From the NCBI GenBank assembly GCA_014905635.1, contig JABVCE010000003.1:806001-870000 (forward strand): a stretch of DNA of 64,000 bases. The letters run 5' to 3'. Below the pieces are notes generated by a model. It was not told the origin of the DNA. It worked only from the letters and a program-made list of their open reading frames with translations, and made no database searches. Below are positions 57,818 through 64,000 of the stretch, in pieces. Numbering within the stretch: position 1 is the first letter of the stretch; each line of letters begins with the position of its first letter. The position numbers and the translations under genes are program-made. Origin of the DNA: Scenedesmus sp. PABB004. Taxonomy: Eukaryota.

Positions 57818-60800
57818 GCGCGCGCGTGCCCGCCGGCCGAGGCTTCACGTCGCACCGCGCCGCGCGCGCGCGCAGGCGCACCCGCTGCCGCCGGGCGTCT
57901 CGATCGGCCTGTCGGGCGCGCCGAGCGGCGGCGGCGGCGGCGGCGCGCTCGAGCCGTCGGGCAGCGTCGCAGAGGCGATCAAACTCTGCCACGTCATCTG
58001 CAACAGCGAGCTGGTGCTTAAGGACGTCATCGGCAGCGGCGCAGAGGGCAAGGTGGGGTCTTAGGCCTCAACCCTCTAAACCCTAAACCCTGCGCCGCGC
58101 GGGGCCGGCGCGCAGGCGCGCAGGCGCGCGGGCGGGCGGCCGACGCGCGCGCGCCGCGCCGTGCCGCGCAGGTGTACCGCGGGACGTGGACCAACATCGA
58201 CATCGCCGCCAAGGAGTACCTGGCCGTTGACGACGACGCGCCGCCCGGCGGCGCCGGCGCCGAGCCGGGCGCGCCGCCGAGCGACGCGGGCATGCAGCAC
58301 GCGCGGGTGCGGCGCGGCGCGGCGTGGCGCGGCGCCGCCGCCGCCCTCCCCGCCGCCACCGCCCCCTCTCGCCGCCCCGCTCGCCGCCCCACCGCGCCCG
58401 TTCTGTCCCTGCCCGCGCGCCGCGCTGCGCCCGCGCGCCGCGCTGCGCCCGCGCGCCGCGCGCCAGGACGCGCTGCGCAAGGAGGTCGCGCTGCTGACGA
58501 CGCTGAACCACCCCAACCTCGTGCGCTTCTGCGGCGTCTGCCTCGACCCGCCGCTCGTGGTCATGGAGTTTTACCGGTGCGCACGCACTAGGGTTTAGGG
58601 GCCCTAGCACAGGGACCCTGGGCAGGGCCGCGCGCCGGGCCCGGCGGGGCGGGGCCGCCAGCGGGCGGCGCGGGGCGCGGCCCGGGCGCTCAGCGCACAC
58701 CGTATGCCAGCGTGTGCCACATGCCAGCAGCCCTCGCCTTGGTGCACGTTCTTGAGGTACCTGTCCCTCTGTGAAGTCGTCGGCGCAATGCCTACGACTA
58801 CATGGAGGGACAAAAAACTCGAGAAGGGCATCAAGCTGAGGGCTGCTGGCATGTCGTGCACCCGCGAGGGCGGGCAATCGTCCCGCAGCACGCGGCCACG
58901 GGCGCGCCCGCCCGCCCCTCGCGCTGGGCCCCGCCCCGCGCCGCCGACGCGGCGGCGGCGCCGGCCGGCGCCGCCCGCCCCTCCCTGCGCCGCGCCGCGC
59001 AGGCACGGCAACGTGTTCAGCATGCTGGAGAAGGCCCGCCGGCAGTGGTGCAACGTCGCGGGCGCCAAGGCCGGCGCCAAGGGCGGCTCGACCAAGGCGC
59101 GCGCGCGCGGGGGCACGCGGGCACGCGGGCGCTCGGGCTCTCGGGCTCTATTCAAACGGCCCTTTTCGAACGCCGCAGTACATGGCCTACTTCAACTGGG
59201 ACCGGCGGCTCGAGATGCTGCACGACGTCGCGTCCGGCATGATGTACCTGCACAAGCGCCACTACGTCCACGGCGACCTGCGCAGCCCAAACCTCTTCGT
59301 CGGCTCCGACGGACGCGTGAGACACACCGCGCGCGCCGCGCGGCCGCCGGCTTGACTCACACGCACGCGCGCGGCCGCGCGGCGCGCGGCGCGCGGCCTC
59401 GCACGCGCGCTCACGTGTGCCGACGCGGCGGCTGCGCGTTCTGCAGGTGAAGATCGGCGACTTTGGCTTCACCAAGCGCCTCAGCGGCAGCAAGGCGAGC
59501 ATGCAGGTCAAGCGCATCACGCACCCGCGCTGGGTCGCGCCGGAGCTGATGACGCACAACCGCCTCAGCACCGCCAGCGACGTCTACAGGCGCGCTGCCC
59601 GGCACCGCGCACCGCGGCGGCCGCGCTGGGCCGGGTCGCGAACCGCCGCCGCGCCCACGCGTGAGGCTGCGCCGCGCGCCGGCTCAGCACCGCGCCGCCC
59701 CGCTGCGCGCCGCCCGCGGCCGTCTCCGCCGCCCGCCTGTCTGCCTGCTCCCTTGCAGCTACGGCATCATCATGTTTGAGATGCTCACCTGGGCGCTCCC
59801 CTTCAACGAGCTCAGCAAGGAGCAGGTGCGCGGCGCGGCGAGCGGCGGCGGCGGCGGCGGCGGGAGACAGGGGCCGGACGGGAGTCCAGCGCGCACGCGC
59901 CCGGGCGCGCGCCGCGCACCCTGAGCGCGGCCGCGGCGCGCGCGCGGCGCGCAGGTCGTGCTGCGCGTGATGTCTGGCGGCCGCCCCGACATGCCGGGCG
60001 ACGAGGAGCTGCCGCCCGGCACCAGCAGCAGCACATGTGCGCGCCGCGCGCCGCCACCCGCGCCCGCGCCCGCGCCTGCCGCGCCGCGCCGCCGCGCCCG
60101 CCGCGCCGCCAGCTCGCCGCCAGCCCCGCCGCGGCGGCTGTTGAACCCCGCCCGCCCGCCACCGCCCGCCACCGCCCGCCACCGCCCGCTCCGCACAGGC
60201 CTGGGCAACTACAAGAAGCTCATGGCCGAGTGCTGGTCGCAGGACCCGGAGGCGCGCCCCGGCTTTGACAAGATCGCGGCGCGGCTCAAGGCCATGATCC
60301 GCTGGCGCATGGTCATCGCGCGGAACAAGATACTCTCCTCCGTCGCGCGCCGCCTGCGCGACGCGCCGCGCGGCGGCGCCGGCGGCGCCGGCGGCGGCGC
60401 GGCCGCCGCGGGCGCGGCCGCCGCGGCCGCCGCCGCGCGGCGCCCGCCCTCGGCGACCGCCGCGGTCGCGGCGGGCGCGGCGGCGGCGGCGGCCGCCGCC
60501 GCGGGCGGCCGCGGGCAGGGCACCGGGCGTGGCGGCGGTCGCGCCGGCGCCCGCCGCCGGAGCCGCGAGCGCGGCGGCCGCGTCGGCGGCCGCTGCGGCC
60601 GCTGCGGCGGCTGCGGCGGCCGCGGCGGCGGCCGGCGGGGAGCCCGAGCACGAGCCCCTGCCCGTGCCGGACCACCCCCTGGTCGCTGTGGACGGCAGCG
60701 ATGTGGAGCTGCCGGTGCTGCCGGGCGCTGCGCTGCCGGCCGGCGTCGTGCCGGCGGCGCCTGCGGACGCAGTCAGCAGCCCCCCCAGCGGGGGTGCGCT

Positions 60801-63701
60801 GGGCAGCGCAGACGTGGCGGCGCAGGCCGGCAGCGGGCTGGGCGGCGCGCCGGCCGCGGCCGCCGCGGGCGCGGTGAGCGGCGGCGGCCAGCCCTCGACC
60901 CTCAGTGGCGCGCCGTCCAGCCGGTCTGTCACGTCGCCCCTGGGACCGGCGGGGCTGCACCTGCCGCCCCCTTCGCAGGAGGCCGAGCAGCGCGCCGCAG
61001 ACGGCGGCCCGGCGCTGTCGGCGCCCGCGCTGGCGGCAGTGGGCGGCGCCAAGCAGCCCGGCGGCCGCGACGTGGAGGACTGGCTGGCGCACCAACAGGG
61101 TCCGGCAGCCGCGCCCCAGGCGCAGCCCGGCGGCGCGCAGCAGGCGCCCGCGTCGGGTGCGGCGCCGGAGCAGCAGCAGCCGCAGCAGCAACAGCAGCAG
61201 CCGCCGCAGCAGCAGCAGGCGCCGGCGCCGCAGGCCGACGTGTTCACAGCCCAGGACTCGCCGTTCTGCGGCTTTGCCGCCCCGGCCATCGGCTCGGCCA
61301 GCGCGGGCGGCTCGCTGGGCGGCGCGCTCGGCGGCGGCAGCCTGCCGGAGGACGAGAGCCTGCCGCTCGCCGACGGCGGCCCCGCGCTGGGCGCGGCAGT
61401 GACGCTGATCTATGCCGAGGGCCTGACCCCCATGGACGCGGCGCTGCGCTCGAGCGCGACGACGCGGGCGGGCACGCTCAGCGGCGCCACGCTGCCCAGC
61501 CTCGAGGCCGGCCTGGCCAGCGGCGGCGCGCCGCGCCGGGACCCCTTTGACGCGCCGTTCCAGGAGGACAACTTCTGCAGCGCGGGGCCGTTTGGCGCGG
61601 CCGTGCGCGGCGGCGGCGGCGGCGACAACCTGGCGAGCGTCGGGCCGTTTGCCCGCGGCGGCTTCGGCGACAACCTGGCGAGCGTCAGGCCGTTTGCCCG
61701 CGGCGGTGCCGGCGGCGACAACTTGGCAAGCGTCGGGCCTTTCGCCCGCGGCGGCGGCGACAACCTGGCGAGCGTCGGGCTGTTTGCCCGCGGCGGTGCC
61801 GGCGGCGACAACTTGGCAAGCGTCGGGCCTTTCGCCCGCGGCGGCGGCGACAACCTGGCAAGCGTCGGGCCGTTTGCCCGCGGCGGTGCCGGCGGCGACA
61901 ACCTGGCGAGCGTCGGGCCGTTTGCACGCGGCGGTGCCGGCGGCGACAACTTGGCAAGCGTCGGGCCTTTCGCCCGCGGCGGCGGCGACAACCTGGCGAG
62001 CGTCGGGCCGTTTGCACGCGGCGGCGGCGGCGGCGACAACCTGGCAAGCGTCGGGCCGTTTGCCCGCGGTGGCGGCGGCGGCGGCGGCGACGACAACCTG
62101 GCGAGCGTCGGGCCATTTGCCGCAGCAGGCAGGGCCCCGCCCACCAGCATGGGCGCGTCGCCGTTCGCCACCTCGCCGCGCTCGCACCCCATCGCGGTTG
62201 CCGGCCCCGGCGGCCAGCCGGGTCTGGGCGGCGGCTACGCGGGCGGCGGCTACCTAGGTGGGGCGTACCCTGGCGGGGCGCACCCTGGTGGCGCGTTCCC
62301 GGGCGTCATGATGCCGCAGCAGGCGTACCCGCCATACGGCTACGGCCCTGGCCCCTGGGGCGGCGCCGCCATGGCGGCGCAGGGGCACATGGCGCCGCCG
62401 GCGATGCCGGGCCAGCCCGGCGGCCCCGGCGGGGCCGCGCCCGGGGCGCCTGGGCCGCAGGCCGCGCCCGGCGGCGCCCGCCAACCCTCGCCCGCGCCCC
62501 GCGGCCCGCAGCCGCGCAGCCCCGTGCTCGGCGCCGGCGGCGGCGGCGGCGAGCACCCGCCGCCCGGCGGGCTGCCGGGGACGCCGCAGGGCAGCCTCAC
62601 GCCCGGCGGCGCGGGGCCGGCGTTCAACCGCCCCCTGGATGATGCCTGCCTGAACAGGCGCCTGGGCGCGGCAGACGAGGGCGAGGACCTGATGGAGAAA
62701 GCTCAGCGCGACCTCGCGGCCTGGCAGCGCACCGGCGCGGCGGGCAGCCGCTCGGGGCGGCAGCGCGCCGCGTCGGGCTCGGCCGACACGGTGCGTGGCA
62801 GCCAGGACGAGCTCGCGCGCGTGTCGGGCGACGGCAGCGGCGCCGGCGGCGGCTTTGCGGGCGCGGGCTGGGCGCCGCCGGGGCGAGCCGGCAGCAGCTT
62901 TGACGCGCCGCCCGACGCCGCGACGCTCGCGGCGCTGGGCATGCCGGGCGGCGTCGTGCCGCCGGCCGCGTTTCGCCAGATTGCCCCGGGGGAGCGCGTC
63001 ACCGTGGTCAACCGCCCCGGCGGCCCCGGCGCTGCGCCGCCGGGCATGGACGGCCTGGGCGGCGGCGGCGGCGGCGCGATGGCGCCCTTGGGCCAGGCGC
63101 CGTGCTGGCCGCCGCCCCAGCTGGGCGCGGCGCAGCAGCAGCCCGGCGGCGGCTACGCGGACCCGGGCCAGCTGCAGCAGCAGCTGCAGCAGCAGATGCA
63201 GCAGATGCAGCAGCAGATGCAGCAGCTGCAGATGCAGCAGCAGGGGCAGCCGCCGCTGTCGCCCACGGCGCAACGCACTCAAAGCGGCTTCGGCCCGAGC
63301 GGCCCCCCAGCGGCGGCGCGCAGGCCGGCTGGGCGCACGCGTGCCTGGGCAGCGGCGAGGCGCCTGCGGTGCCGACGGACGGGCAGGGCACGGCGGCGCA
63401 GCAGCAGATGATGTGGGCGGCGATGCAGCAGCAGATGCAGCAGCAGATGCAGCAGCAGATGCAGCAGCAGATGTTCATGGCGCAGCAGCAGCAGGCGATG
63501 CAGCTCAGCCCGGGGCCGCAGCAGCAGATGATGATGCAGCAGATGCAGCAGCAGGTGCTGCAGCAGATGCAGCAGCAAATGCAGCAGCAGATGCAGCAGC
63601 TGCAGCTGCAGCAGCAGGGGCAGGCGCAGGCGCAGCAGCAGGTGCAGCAGCAGCAGGGCTACTCGCAGCAGCAGCCGCAGCAGTGGCCGCCCAACGCCTG
63701 A
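54725..63701 (+). CDS. Large TKL/Raf-like Ser/Thr kinase: N-terminal helical bundle, WD40-like propeller, kinase (~58000-60300), long disordered tail with tandem repeat and poly-Q/M end; apparent 1-nt indels near 55511, 60503 and 63305
   Basis: IGSGAEGK|VYRG, IAAKEY, LRKEVALLTTLNHPNLVRFCGVC, HGDLRSPNLFV, KIGDFGF, PRWVAPE, SDVYS|YG, ECWSQDPEARPGF; propeller blades VWTGHADGTV, AWAGDDAGIIRV, LLSGHERGQVLVW. Stop TGA 63699-63701. Confidence 0.88.
58070..58091 (-). repeat. Short interstitial plant-type telomeric repeat (CCCTAAA) in a kinase intron
   Basis: aaccctctaaaccctaaaccct. Confidence 0.6.
58589..58600 (+). repeat. Short interstitial plant-type telomeric repeat (TTTAGGG) in a kinase intron
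   Basis: tagggtttaggg. Confidence 0.55.
58714..58861 (+). ncRNA. Long unbranched stem-loop in kinase intron 58577-59002; candidate intronic pre-miRNA
   Basis: Hand-paired arms: 58719-58735/58838-58854 (17 bp perfect), 58738-58745/58828-58835, 58749-58756/58818-58825, 58762-58773/58801-58812, 58775-58780/58794-58799, 58782-58784/58790-58792, with a small terminal loop. Several G:U pairs on the + strand; GC much lower than the flanking intron. Confidence 0.65.
61609..62124 (+). repeat. Coding minisatellite: 11 copies (mostly 42-48 bp) encoding G(3-7)-DNLASVGPFAR
   Basis: ggcgacaacctggcgagcgtcgggccgtttgcccgcggc repeated with mostly synonymous variation and in-frame length changes. Confidence 0.95.
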
Positions 63702-64000
63702 CACTGACGCAGCGTCCACTGCGGGACGGGTGACTGTTGCCATCCCACGGCGGGGCGGTGATTGGCGCTGAACGTGCTGAACTTACCGCAGCCCCCGCAC
63801 CCGCAGACACTGCTCACCCGCGCGCCGAGGCAGCCCGAACATGGCTCTCAGCGCCACGCCCACGCCGGCCTGCTCGCAGCGGCGCGGGTCGGGGGCGGGG
63901 CCGTTCCAGGGCCCGCGAACAAACGTTGTCGCCACGCAGCAGGACAACAGAACACCGCATATCACGCTCAAGCGCCGCCTCGCGCGCTGGGCGCGCGGGC

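Noticed and set aside
58704..59002. ORF-track peptide MPACATCQQPSPWCTFLRYLSL.. as an extra kinase exon
   Set aside because: The kinase reads continuously MEFY-R-HGNVF across intron 58577-59002; the segment is better explained as an RNA hairpin.
61609..62124. Repeat array as a CRISPR array
   Set aside because: No unique spacers, in-frame coding with synonymous variation, eukaryotic context and no cas genes.
7700..63310. Frame breaks in otherwise intact genes (~7724, ~30250, ~55511, ~60503, ~63305) as programmed frameshifts or pseudogenisation
   Set aside because: Each is fixed by a single-base indel, mostly in G/C runs within low-complexity linkers, with no slippery heptamer. Long-read consensus error is most likely; read-level polishing would confirm.
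1..64000. Hundreds of long overlapping Arg/Ala/Pro/Gly-rich ORFs on both strands
   Set aside because: Expected at this GC content because stop codons are rare; real coding segments are short exons recognisable by motifs and codon pattern.
1..64000. tRNA, rRNA or intact transposase/reverse-transcriptase genes
   Set aside because: None recognisable by eye; a covariance-model scan would be needed to exclude small RNAs.

Overview
Gene-dense, extremely GC-rich eukaryotic nuclear DNA with many short GC-rich spliceosomal introns (GT-AG and unusually many GC-AG), chlorophyte-type TGTAA signals and plant-type TTTAGGG telomere motifs. It is most consistent with a high-GC green alga (Sphaeropleales-like; inference). 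Most long ORF-track entries are GC-driven read-throughs, so I assembled the genes by hand from exons. In order: VPS33 (5'-partial), a small secreted bacterial-like protein, PCNA, a helical/MIF4G-like + WD40 protein, an LRR-TM-double class III cyclase receptor, a FAM184-like coiled-coil protein, a hypothetical membrane protein, a coiled-coil CBM20 protein, an M1 aminopeptidase N, cpSRP54, an NAD(P)-binding Rossmann protein, a NudC/NUDT12-type Nudix hydrolase, a tail-anchored tandem-NAP protein, a ~1.03 kb tandem duplication, a truncated hemoglobin fused to a Cys-rich metallothionein-like tail, an SGNH hydrolase, a degenerate intronless ORF, an MBOAT wax-synthase-like gene, and a very large TKL kinase. 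Highlights: (1) a ~150-nt pre-miRNA-like hairpin inside a kinase intron; (2) the host kinase's architecture of putative MLKL/RPW8-like four-helix bundle, beta-propeller, active kinase, 11x DNLASVGPFAR repeat and Q/M tail; (3) the globin-metallothionein fusion; (4) the membrane-anchored double-NAP histone chaperone, whose shared promoter with the globin gene has been duplicated. All family assignments come from recalled motifs, not database searches.
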